Shown piece by piece: positions 15,292 through 23,719 of a stretch of DNA of 64,000 nucleotides. Source of the stretch: a virus. The notes beneath the pieces were generated by a model. That model was not told the DNA's origin. It ran no database searches and saw only the letters and a program-made list of their open reading frames with translations. The translations under genes and the position numbers were made by a program. Within the stretch, counting starts at the first letter, position 1; every line of letters begins with the position of its first letter. Where the stretch lies: the IMG/VR virus record IMGVR_UViG_3300047558_000077, positions 108,365 to 172,364 of that record; one strand, written 5' to 3'.

Positions 15292-15969
15292 ATGAAAACT
15301 TTTAGACATTTATACAACGATCCGATTCTATGTGAACTGAAAAGGGAAGAATATAATGGCAAGCGATACTACATATCTCCAACAGGCAAGAGACTTCCCT
15401 CCGTTACTACCTTCTTATCCCATTTTAAAGGGGACGCCATCCTCAAGTGGCGGCAAAAAGTGGGGGAAGAAGAAGCGAATAAAATATCAGCAAGAGCAAG
15501 CCGAAGAGGTACAAAATTTCATTCTCTTATGGAATCTTATCTCGGAAATCAGGAAGGATTCCTAACTCACAAAGATGTTATGCCAGATATGCGACATTCT
15601 TTCAGATTGATGCAGCCTCTGGTTGACAGAATAGACAATATACATTATATTGAGACTATGCTTTATAGCGATGCATTAGGACTCGCTGGACAGGTAGATT
15701 GTATAGCAGAGTTCGATGGTGTTCCTTCCATTATAGATTTCAAAACATCTCTAAAACTGAAAAAAGAGGAATGGATTCTAAACTACTTTGAACAATGCAC
15801 CTGCTATTCTTTGATGTATGAGGAAATGACAGGAGTGAAGTGCAAGCAGATTGTTGTATTGATAGCAGTTGATGGCGAAGACCCGCAATGTTTTGTCAAG
15901 CAACGTAAGGACTACATTCCAGAACTAGCCAATAAGATCAAAACATTTAGACAGGAGTTTGTGTTATGA
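15292..15969 (+). CDS. PD-(D/E)XK exonuclease (T4-like phage family)
   Basis: PSVTT, RGTKFH, IE..LYS, AGQVDC, IIDFKTS, Q...Y. Confidence 0.85.
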   Translation: MKTFRHLYNDPILCELKREEYNGKRYYISPTGKRLPSVTTFLSHFKGDAILKWRQKVGEEEANKISARASRRGTKFHSLMESYLGNQEGFLTHKDVMPDMRHSFRLMQPLVDRIDNIHYIETMLYSDALGLAGQVDCIAEFDGVPSIIDFKTSLKLKKEEWILNYFEQCTCYSLMYEEMTGVKCKQIVVLIAVDGEDPQCFVKQRKDYIPELANKIKTFRQEFVL

Positions 15970-16085
15970 GAAAAGCATATCTAGCAATAGCATTGGTGTT
16001 TCTTAGTTTGGGTTTGTCTGGTTGTGTTTTGGCGACCGTCGGTAAGTGCGTTGTATGGGATGCAACTAGCCGTCCCTGTAACTGA
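15966..16085 (+). CDS. Small lipoprotein (39 aa)
   Basis: MRKAYLAIALVFLSLGLSG-C lipobox; mature CVLATVGKCVVWDATSRPCN; AGGAG RBS; not in the ORF track. Confidence 0.65.
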   Translation: MRKAYLAIALVFLSLGLSGCVLATVGKCVVWDATSRPCN

Positions 16086-16124
16086 ACCAATTATAGAAGA
16101 TTTTGAAAATCAGATACCAGAAGA

Positions 16125-17591
16125 ATGATTATCACTCGTAACTGGATACGTGACGACATACTCATATACACCGAGAAAGCCACTGGCGGTCTTCGTGTGT
16201 ATGGTAAGAAAGACATATGCGAGTTTATCAATTATTGGAAACTGAAACTACTATCACATAATGCAAAGCCTGGTGATAAATTAGGATTTACGTTTGAGAA
16301 CACCGAGATTCATTCTTATGCTCTTATGTTTGCAGCATTTGAACTTGGGTTACGTGTTGTGGTTTTACATCGACCAAGCACAGAGAAGGAATGTTTGGCA
16401 CCAAAAAGCAATGCTCATTTACCTCTAGACTTCTATGTCTATCTCACATCATACCTAAATCGTTCAACTACTGTCACGGGTGTCAATCATTATCGAAAGC
16501 ATTCTAAAGTTTGCATTAGCTATGGTCCTATGGAATGGACCGAGTTTAGTGAAGACTTTAGATCAAATGAAGAAACACCTATAACAGTCAAACCCGACGA
16601 TGTTGCTTTTTGTTGTAACAGTAGCGGTACAACCGGAGATCCTAAACTCATATCATACACACACGAGTTTCTTTACAACCTATGCACACATAACTGGCAA
16701 GACTTAGGTTATAAAGACGATGATACCATTGTGCATCTGTCTTCCCTAAATCACGGTGGAGTCATAACTTTACTATTACCGGCACTAAGAACTTGCAAGA
16801 CACACTTCTTTTATAACTACATCTTTGCAGCATCATATGATCGTCTTCTATCATTCATAGATGTTTGTCTAGATTATAATGTGTCAAAAATATTCTTTGC
16901 AAACGGTGGGGAGCTGAATACGCTCATTGATCACTTAATAGAAACCGATAATAAACTATCCAATGTTAGTGCCTACATTCTTTCGTTTATCAGTCCTAGA
17001 TGGTCAGATACTATTCGTGATCAAAGACTAAAGGAGATTGTTAGCGTTTTTGGTTGTAGTGAGATATGTGGTCCTGTCTTTATGCCTAGACTAGACAATA
17101 GCAATGTTGATGGCTTTGATCCAAAGTTACTAGGCAAGCCAATGACAGGCTTCTATGAAACAAAGATCATTAATAACAGAATACACACGAAACTAAAAGA
17201 CGGAGGAGAGTTTGTCTTTGATGATGTTGTAGAAGATAGAGTAGAAGGCGCTTATTTCATATCAAAGAATAGACTACAGAAGATCAATGATGTGGATATC
17301 AATCCACTGGACATTATAGAGATAGTAGAAAGATATGTATCACGGTATGAGTTTGAGTTATATGTGGACGAAATCTATAACGAGATATACATCATAACTT
17401 CCAATGCCAATCTTGATAGAGGGAAGATAAGACAAGACATATCTGCATTCTATCTGGACAAGATAACTCTAACCGATATCATATACGAAAAGGAACTATA
17501 TGATACTCGGATCACTCACAAAGCGGAAAGAGATAAACTATCACACATAGTTGAAAGATTCCGCTTGACATTTCAGAATAACTCTGTATAA
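16125..17591 (+). CDS. Adenylate-forming (AMP-binding, ANL superfamily) enzyme
   Basis: NSSGTTGDPK P-loop, LNHGG, FGCSE (YGxxE-like), C-terminal K. Confidence 0.75.
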   Translation: MIITRNWIRDDILIYTEKATGGLRVYGKKDICEFINYWKLKLLSHNAKPGDKLGFTFENTEIHSYALMFAAFELGLRVVVLHRPSTEKECLAPKSNAHLPLDFYVYLTSYLNRSTTVTGVNHYRKHSKVCISYGPMEWTEFSEDFRSNEETPITVKPDDVAFCCNSSGTTGDPKLISYTHEFLYNLCTHNWQDLGYKDDDTIVHLSSLNHGGVITLLLPALRTCKTHFFYNYIFAASYDRLLSFIDVCLDYNVSKIFFANGGELNTLIDHLIETDNKLSNVSAYILSFISPRWSDTIRDQRLKEIVSVFGCSEICGPVFMPRLDNSNVDGFDPKLLGKPMTGFYETKIINNRIHTKLKDGGEFVFDDVVEDRVEGAYFISKNRLQKINDVDINPLDIIEIVERYVSRYEFELYVDEIYNEIYIITSNANLDRGKIRQDISAFYLDKITLTDIIYEKELYDTRITHKAERDKLSHIVERFRLTFQNNSV

Positions 17592-17597
17592 TAAATA
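17565..17597 (+). promoter_or_regulatory. Promoter of the tmRNA gene (sigma70-like, with overlapping late-type TAAATA)
   Basis: TTGACA(17565)-16-TATAAT(17587); AATAAATA at 17590-17597. Confidence 0.7.
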
Positions 17598-17884
17598 CTA
17601 TGCCGAGGTCGTTGAGAGGAACGGCATAGACGTTTCGGACGGGAGTTCGACTCTCCCCACCTCCACCATAGGTACACATTTTGAGGTCTTGGTCGTTACC
17701 AGCATGGCAAAAACGGCGACAATGTGTATCTTTGATGGGGGTGTAACGGGTATCGACGGGCGTAGTAAGGGTTCAAGGAGACCAAAGGCAAATTGCAGGT
17801 GCAGCAAACGACAATGTACCATTTGATTACGCTCTAGCAGCATAATCATTGGGGTGGCGACTTCCCTAGAAACAGAAAAGTCGC
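17598..17884 (+). ncRNA. ssrA: Circularly permuted two-piece tmRNA; acceptor piece ~17598-17668, intervening segment 17669-17736, coding piece 17737-~17884
   Basis: T-arm GGGAG-TTCGACT-CTCCC, then CACCTCCA-CCA (ends 17668); 5' end GGGGGTG at 17737 pairs with it including the G3:U70 Ala determinant; D-loop-like GGGTATCGAC; tag ORF GCA AAC GAC AAT...GCA GCA TAA = ANDNVPFDYALAA (17804-17845); 3' hairpin GCGACTT/AAGTCGC. Confidence 0.93.
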
Positions 17885-17906
17885 ATTTTCAAAAAGGATC
17901 TATGTG

Positions 17907-18131
17907 ATGACACCGGATGATATTCAAAAGTTTAGTATGGAGATCGAGGAACTGGTCTATATGAAGGACATTCCTTATATTGATGCTGTTGTGGAATACT
18001 GTGAGATGACCGGGTTTGAAATAGAAACTGCGGCCAAATTAGTCTCCGGCGTTCTCAAATCTAAAATCAAACTCGAAGCAGAAAACCTCCACTACCTCAA
18101 AAAGTCAAACACCTCACAACTTCCTCTCTAA
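17907..18131 (+). CDS. gp33: Late transcription coactivator gp33
   Basis: FSMEIEELV...YIDAVVEYCE...LKSKIKLEAENL pattern; position before gp59. Confidence 0.9.
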   Translation: MTPDDIQKFSMEIEELVYMKDIPYIDAVVEYCEMTGFEIETAAKLVSGVLKSKIKLEAENLHYLKKSNTSQLPL

Positions 18132-18147
18132 AAGGAGAACCTATATT

Positions 18148-18996
18148 ATGTCTGAACCGCATACGATTACTAAATCGGTTTTTGACCGTGAAGAAACAAC
18201 ACACATCGCTAATGTCAAAGCAAAGTTGGAATCAGCACTATCTGGTGCTGGTGTATTTGACTGTATGCAACTCAAAGTCAGCGATGATGGAGATCGTGAA
18301 GCGATAACGCATAAACTTCAACCCGATCAGCGACACAATATTGTGATTGCCGGCGGTGTAATGGCTTCTCTTATCAGCAATGAGCATGTCAATGATATTG
18401 ATGTGTTTATACTCAATTCCAAAGAATCTTTGTTCAATTCTCTTATTCGCTTTAAAAGAGGTAAATGGAATGTTCGTTACCAACTGAATGAGGATGAAAA
18501 CTATTACAATCCTCATATCATCGCTACAGCAACAAACAAAGAATCAAAAGTTCAGTATATTCTAACGGACTTCACTAATCGACAAGATATACTAAAGGAC
18601 TTTGACTTTCTACATTGTACCTGTTCGTATCACAACGATCAGTTGTTTATCAGTCGGGAGACATATGATGCTATCGTCAAAAAGCATTTGATTTGTCAGA
18701 ACAAAAAGAAGAAGCCTAAAAAATGGCGTATAGATAAGTTTCTCGGTCGTGGTTGGTCGGATCACACTAATCCAGACTATAAACTTATCACCATTTTTGA
18801 CAAAGCAATTGAAAGGTCAATGGCCCAAAAGAGTGCGGCAATGCTTGAAAAATATGAGTGGCCAACCACCAGCATGGGCGCTGAATACAATGAAAAGGCA
18901 TGGAAAGAACTATTCGAGAAAGATAAAGAAAAGTGGAGAGTGAAGGAAGAATCTAGTCTTCCTGACTATTGGAAAAACATTGTAAGAGAATTATGA
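18148..18996 (+). CDS. Pol-beta-superfamily nucleotidyltransferase (CCA/poly(A) polymerase head-like)
   Basis: VIAGG...NDIDVF and DFDFLHC motifs; RIDKFLGRGW. Confidence 0.6.
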   Translation: MSEPHTITKSVFDREETTHIANVKAKLESALSGAGVFDCMQLKVSDDGDREAITHKLQPDQRHNIVIAGGVMASLISNEHVNDIDVFILNSKESLFNSLIRFKRGKWNVRYQLNEDENYYNPHIIATATNKESKVQYILTDFTNRQDILKDFDFLHCTCSYHNDQLFISRETYDAIVKKHLICQNKKKKPKKWRIDKFLGRGWSDHTNPDYKLITIFDKAIERSMAQKSAAMLEKYEWPTTSMGAEYNEKAWKELFEKDKEKWRVKEESSLPDYWKNIVREL

Positions 18997-19631
18997 AACA
19001 CTTTTCTGGATATGGAGCATATCTGTTATTCTTGGCCTTGAGGACACATTTCACCAAGGCCAAGTATGACTTCTTTGAAATGAACGGCAAACTCCGTGCT
19101 AACAAAGAGTCATATGAAAAACGCAGAGATAAAATGTTCTTTGTGAAGTTGGCTAAGACATACAATACAGAAGAACTAAAATACTTCTTTGTAGCCAACT
19201 TCCTAGACGACAGACATTACATAACCGACATGTTATCGGAGGAAGCACACGGAGCCTATTATGAATTTGAGAAACGAAGACAATCGCTATCCTATGTCTT
19301 CAAGAATGATATTGAAAAGTTATTTGAGAATGGGTGCCATTCTGCTTTCAAGTCTGATGATGGTGATTATCCTTTGCTTGTCGGCATGGTTCTCAGCCGA
19401 GATGTCTCTTTGGATTCTGCGGTTATTCTGAATGAGTTTGTTCCTTATGTGTCAAAATTTGATAAATATATGGACGACGATTGTATATGGCAAAAAGTAT
19501 CAAGTAAGATCAAAAAGTATAGACCATTTCTAAAGTATGAAAAAGATAAGATGAAGATCATACTGAAAGGTGTAATACATGAACAAAGAGAAAAGACAGA
19601 AGCGTTTTCAGCAAAAACAGCGACACATTGA
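18993..19631 (+). CDS. gp59: Helicase loader gp59
   Basis: YL.FLALRTHFT...YDFF..NGK...SYEKRRDK.FF.KL; KYRPFL. Confidence 0.92.
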   Translation: MKHFSGYGAYLLFLALRTHFTKAKYDFFEMNGKLRANKESYEKRRDKMFFVKLAKTYNTEELKYFFVANFLDDRHYITDMLSEEAHGAYYEFEKRRQSLSYVFKNDIEKLFENGCHSAFKSDDGDYPLLVGMVLSRDVSLDSAVILNEFVPYVSKFDKYMDDDCIWQKVSSKIKKYRPFLKYEKDKMKIILKGVIHEQREKTEAFSAKTATH

Positions 19632-19890
19632 ACGCCAGTTTTCTATTCGAAAGACAAATAACTCATTATGGGATTATAACAACAACGAAGAACAAAAGCA
19701 CCGTTATCACAAGATGAAAGGATGGACTTGCCATTCTGGTTGTGCTTTGTGTGGTAATCCTAGAACATATTGGGGTGCTAAGACGCTTCAAGAAACAAAG
19801 TTTGAATGTTCCGCAGTTGAACAAACTAATCGGGACGCTATTGGTAAACAGGAATGGGAAGATTTGAATGATCCTAGAATGGAGTGGTGA
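19579..19890 (+). CDS. Small basic Cys-containing protein (C...CALCGNPR...TLQE)
   Basis: Motif seen in small phage/bacterial hypothetical proteins. Confidence 0.6.
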   Translation: MNKEKRQKRFQQKQRHIERQFSIRKTNNSLWDYNNNEEQKHRYHKMKGWTCHSGCALCGNPRTYWGAKTLQETKFECSAVEQTNRDAIGKQEWEDLNDPRMEW

Positions 19891-19960
19891 CTAAATACTA
19901 AGAACAGGATTGTTGTTATGGATTTTCCTGTGAGATACATCTATCTTTAAGGAGAAAGGT

Positions 19961-20140
19961 ATGACAAGAGAAGACTTAATCGATTCAATGGAAATCATTA
20001 TCAAGGAACACTCACCTGAAAACGCAGCCGAGTATATCTACCGTCTGTGGACAAATCATAATGACTATGAGATTAAGAAGGGTAAGGTGGTCCATATCAC
20101 CAAGGGTCTTGATATCTCGCAGAAAGTTCCGAGGGATTAA
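19961..20140 (+). CDS. Small hypothetical protein (59 aa)
   Basis: AAGGAG RBS; preceded by ACTAAATA at 19890; not in the ORF track. Confidence 0.55.
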   Translation: MTREDLIDSMEIIIKEHSPENAAEYIYRLWTNHNDYEIKKGKVVHITKGLDISQKVPRD

Positions 20141-20150
20141 TACTATATAC

Positions 20151-20179
20151 TTGACAGGAGCTTCGGCTCCTGTTATAAT
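20151..20179 (+). promoter_or_regulatory. Consensus promoter for gp32 whose spacer is a UUCG hairpin
   Basis: TTGACA(20151)-GGAGCTTCGGCTCCTGT-TATAAT(20174). Confidence 0.8.
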
Positions 20180-20240
20180 ACACTTATTGTTATGATGATG
20201 TGGATAATACGACTATACAACGAACATACGGAGAAATACT

Positions 20241-21164
20241 ATGAACTTTGCAAACCTTAAGAAACAGTCAAAAGATTTCAGCAGCCTTCTCAAGAAGGTT
20301 GATGAACTCAATAAGCCCACCTACGATAGAGACGATTCCACAGACAACTATTGGAAGCCAACGCCCGATAAGGCTGGCAATGCTCTAGCTGTCATTCGCT
20401 TTCTTCCTGGTCCAGCCGTTGATGGCGACGATGCTCTACCATGGGTTCAGTATTGGGATCACGGTTTTCAGAACAAGACAACCGGTAAGTGGTATATTGA
20501 AAAGTCTCTGACTACACTCGGTCAGAAGGATCCTGTTTCTGAATATAACTCCACACTTTGGAACTCTAGCAGCGATGATAATTCGCCGGAGCGCAAGCAG
20601 GCCCGTGACCAGAAGCGTCGCCTGCATTACGTTTCTAACATCTATGTTGTGAGTGATCCTAAGAATCCTCAGAATGAAGGCAAGGTCTTTCTATTCAAGT
20701 ATGGTAAGAAAATCTTTGATAAGCTAACAAAGATGATGAACCCAGACCTTGAGTCCGAAGAAGCTATCAATCCATATGATCTATGGGCTGGTGCTAACTT
20801 CAAGTTGAAGATGGTCCGTCAGTCTGGCTTTCCAAACTATGACGAGTCAACATTCTTGGCTCCTGGTCCATTGTCAAAAGATGACGATGAACTAGAAAAG
20901 ATTTGGAAGAGTGAATATTCACTTGCTGAAATTACCGATCCGAAGAACTTTAAGACATACGATCAGTTGAAGGCACGTTTGGATGAAGTTCTCGGTCTTG
21001 GTGGTTCACCCGCTCGTGCGGCTAAGCCAACAATTGAAGATAGTGAAGAGGTTCCGTTTACGGACTCGAAGCCGGTCGCTAAGACCACAACTAAGGCTCC
21101 CGTTGTCGAAGACGAAGACGAAGACCTTAAGATGTTCCGTGAACTAGCTGATCTAGACGACTAA
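20241..21164 (+). CDS. gp32: Single-stranded DNA-binding protein gp32
   Basis: WKP..DKAGN..AVIRFLP, HGFQ, WYIEKSLTT, FKYGKKIFDK, NYDES; acidic tail. Confidence 0.97.
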   Translation: MNFANLKKQSKDFSSLLKKVDELNKPTYDRDDSTDNYWKPTPDKAGNALAVIRFLPGPAVDGDDALPWVQYWDHGFQNKTTGKWYIEKSLTTLGQKDPVSEYNSTLWNSSSDDNSPERKQARDQKRRLHYVSNIYVVSDPKNPQNEGKVFLFKYGKKIFDKLTKMMNPDLESEEAINPYDLWAGANFKLKMVRQSGFPNYDESTFLAPGPLSKDDDELEKIWKSEYSLAEITDPKNFKTYDQLKARLDEVLGLGGSPARAAKPTIEDSEEVPFTDSKPVAKTTTKAPVVEDEDEDLKMFRELADLDD

Positions 21165-21169
21165 GATTT

Positions 21170-21187
21170 GGGGAGCTTCGGCTCCCC
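21170..21187. terminator. Hairpin terminator between convergent genes
   Basis: GGGGAGC-TTCG-GCTCCCC. Confidence 0.75.
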
Positions 21188-23719
21188 TTATCCTATCTTT
21201 GTCCCACCGAAATGATCATATGCAGCCCCGCTAGGATCATGTGTGTTTCTCATAGCACGTTCTAACGATGGTGTCGGAAACGCTGGGTTGCTTCTTTCCA
21301 AAAATTTATCAATATTTACTGTCTGTTGTGGTTTGGCAGCCGTCGCTGGCTGCATATTGAATGATTGTTTTTGAGGTTCTTTATACATTTGATCTGGTGC
21401 CATCATAGCAGGATCTAAGTTTTTCTTATCCACACCAGGCAATGGTTGACTGTCCTTCGTGAAAGAAGGTGCTAATACACTAGGCGTAAGAGACGGAACA
21501 GCAGGAGGTGTTTGTTTTACTTCTTTAGCTGTGAGAGGCGTCTCCACAAGTGACTCGAAATAATCCTTGGCTTTCTGATAGAAAGACTTTGGTGGCGCTT
21601 TTTCAACTTTAGCAGTTTGTGTCTGAGAGGGTTGTGCAGGTGTTGGCGCAGGTGTTGGTGCCGTAGGCTTTTCTGGCGCTTGAGCTATTCTTGTATCTGT
21701 TGATTTAGCTGCAATTTCCGTTCTAGCAGAAACCAAAGATTCTTTAACTTGCTCTAGTGTATGACTTGCTTTGTTTCCGCCTTTATAATGCGAACGTCCT
21801 GTTTTAGGATCAGGCAAAGATGCCCATTCTTCTGATAAGTCTAATTGAGCAGCATGAAGATCATTCGACTTACCTGTTAGATAAGCGTTTAGATGTGGTC
21901 TATTTTGAATAAGAGCCATTGCTAATCTCTTTTGAGTATCTTCATTGAAAACTTCATCTTTACTGATACCAGCCAACGCCACGGCTCTTTTCATTGTCTG
22001 AGGAATTATTTGAAATCTACCCGCAGCAAAAATCTCTCTTCCCGATCCTCTTGTGCCTTCTTGCTTTTTCATTATTTCAGCAATAGTTAATTCAGACAGA
22101 CTTTTGCCACCAAACTTGGCATCGTGAACGCTTCCAAAACTTTTTCCTGAACCTTTGTTGATTGAATTGTAACCACCCTCACCTTGTCCAATAAGTGATA
22201 GAAGACTGTCTACAGGAGATAGATGATCTTTAACTTCCGATGGCATAACATCAACATCAAAATTAGGTTTTGCATTACCTCGCCCTTTCTTCTTACCTCT
22301 GCTATCACCAAGTCCTTCACCTTGTGTGAAGAATCCTGCTAGATCACCGGCGAAACGCATCATGTCGCCTACTGTTGCTGTTTGAATACTCTTAACTGTT
22401 TCTTGTTGTTGAAGATTTGTTTGTGGACCTGGTGCATTATCTGGAACAGTTGCCTCATCATTTGTTGTGACTGATCCTGTTGCTGTTTCAGGTCCAGAGG
22501 ATCCGCCTTTTAAAATGGCATCATGATGGCCCATGATACTGTTTTTGATTTCATCATTAGGCGCAAGCGCAGCACCATAACGTAATGCTTCGACCGATTG
22601 TTCATTGTGTAGTTTACCATCAGACTGAATGATACCAAACTTTACTGTACCACCCATAGCACCACCATCATATGAGTTAGCATTGACTTGTCTTAGCTGT
22701 GGCTTTTTACCAGAGAATTGTTCAAGCAACCAGAATTTGCCATCTTTATCAGGTGTAGTCATAGCAACACCGGCGTGATAACCTGAACCAGTTCTATCAC
22801 CTCCAGGAAGATTATAGCGCATAGTTGCAACAGTCATACCGGGCTTGATTTCACCATCTACAACTGACCAACTATGAGAACGACCAATATTTGGATTGAA
22901 TGCTTTTGCTAGTGTCGCACACTGTTCTTCGTTCTTTTGATCATAGAGAGACTTATCTTTTGGAACAACATAGCCAGAACTTGATATCTCATAACTACCA
23001 CCTGGTGCGGATTCGTTACCGGCTCTATTGCTCATCTCCGAACCGTAGCCCTCTGCCGTGCCAGCACGATAAGCGGCTGTCGCATCTGTATTAGCTGGTC
23101 TCTCAAAGTCTTTGGTGAATCCCATAGATGCATCACGGCCATTAGCAAAGTTCTTACCGAGATAAGTTTTCATTTCACCTTCTGTTAAAGCAAAGTCGAT
23201 TTGCTTTTTCCAGTTTGTTTTCCAATCATCACCGACATAATTCTTCATGGCTGTGAATCGAGAAGCATGGTGTTGAAACAAACCACCAGATGTTCCGCCA
23301 TCGCCAATAGCACCTGAATTGAAGTTGGATTCATACTTCATATTGTTTACTATACCTACAGCATGATTATGATCTACACCTTTCTGTCTTAGATAATCAT
23401 AAATCTCTCTTGCTCTAACAACATTAGTAACTTTCTCACCTGTAGCAACATTAGCAGTTCCTTGTGCTTCTCCTGCTCTACTTGTCTTTTCACCACCTGA
23501 TGTTCCCTTTGATAATGCTCTTTGGAATCCAGCAACATCAGGCTTCGCTTCTCTATAATAACGAGGAAATAACTCGGCAAATTGCTCAGGTGTCAATAAT
23601 GTGAATGGTGTTCCGCCTTCTTGATACTTTGTCTTATTGAAGAGATCAAGACGCTTTGCCGGAGCCATTGTCTTTAGTTTAGAAAAGATATCTGATTGTT
23701 TACCTACGTTGAAAGCCAT
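21188..23719 (-). CDS. Virion-associated multi-domain peptidoglycan hydrolase (tail lysozyme + Cys/His amidase + lambda-type lysozyme)
   Basis: AVGIVNNMKYESNFN...GLFQH; EQCATLAK...YHAGVAM...LLEQF; LIGQGEG...AAGRFQII...EWASLP. Confidence 0.75.
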   Translation of the reverse strand: MAFNVGKQSDIFSKLKTMAPAKRLDLFNKTKYQEGGTPFTLLTPEQFAELFPRYYREAKPDVAGFQRALSKGTSGGEKTSRAGEAQGTANVATGEKVTNVVRAREIYDYLRQKGVDHNHAVGIVNNMKYESNFNSGAIGDGGTSGGLFQHHASRFTAMKNYVGDDWKTNWKKQIDFALTEGEMKTYLGKNFANGRDASMGFTKDFERPANTDATAAYRAGTAEGYGSEMSNRAGNESAPGGSYEISSSGYVVPKDKSLYDQKNEEQCATLAKAFNPNIGRSHSWSVVDGEIKPGMTVATMRYNLPGGDRTGSGYHAGVAMTTPDKDGKFWLLEQFSGKKPQLRQVNANSYDGGAMGGTVKFGIIQSDGKLHNEQSVEALRYGAALAPNDEIKNSIMGHHDAILKGGSSGPETATGSVTTNDEATVPDNAPGPQTNLQQQETVKSIQTATVGDMMRFAGDLAGFFTQGEGLGDSRGKKKGRGNAKPNFDVDVMPSEVKDHLSPVDSLLSLIGQGEGGYNSINKGSGKSFGSVHDAKFGGKSLSELTIAEIMKKQEGTRGSGREIFAAGRFQIIPQTMKRAVALAGISKDEVFNEDTQKRLAMALIQNRPHLNAYLTGKSNDLHAAQLDLSEEWASLPDPKTGRSHYKGGNKASHTLEQVKESLVSARTEIAAKSTDTRIAQAPEKPTAPTPAPTPAQPSQTQTAKVEKAPPKSFYQKAKDYFESLVETPLTAKEVKQTPPAVPSLTPSVLAPSFTKDSQPLPGVDKKNLDPAMMAPDQMYKEPQKQSFNMQPATAAKPQQTVNIDKFLERSNPAFPTPSLERAMRNTHDPSGAAYDHFGGTKIG

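Noticed and set aside
15292-15969. Cas4 / CRISPR-associated call
   Set aside because: Lacks the clustered C-terminal Fe-S cysteines and any CRISPR context; fits the common phage PD-(D/E)XK exonuclease
17641-17668. tRNA gene suggested by the T-arm and CCA
   Set aside because: No anticodon arm, and the pairing 5' strand lies downstream followed by a tag ORF; this is the acceptor piece of a permuted tmRNA
17598-17849. 83-aa minus-strand ORF
   Set aside because: Antisense shadow of the tmRNA gene
20180-20240. T4-like gene 32 leader pseudoknot
   Set aside because: Only short weak pairings are visible; cannot be supported by eye
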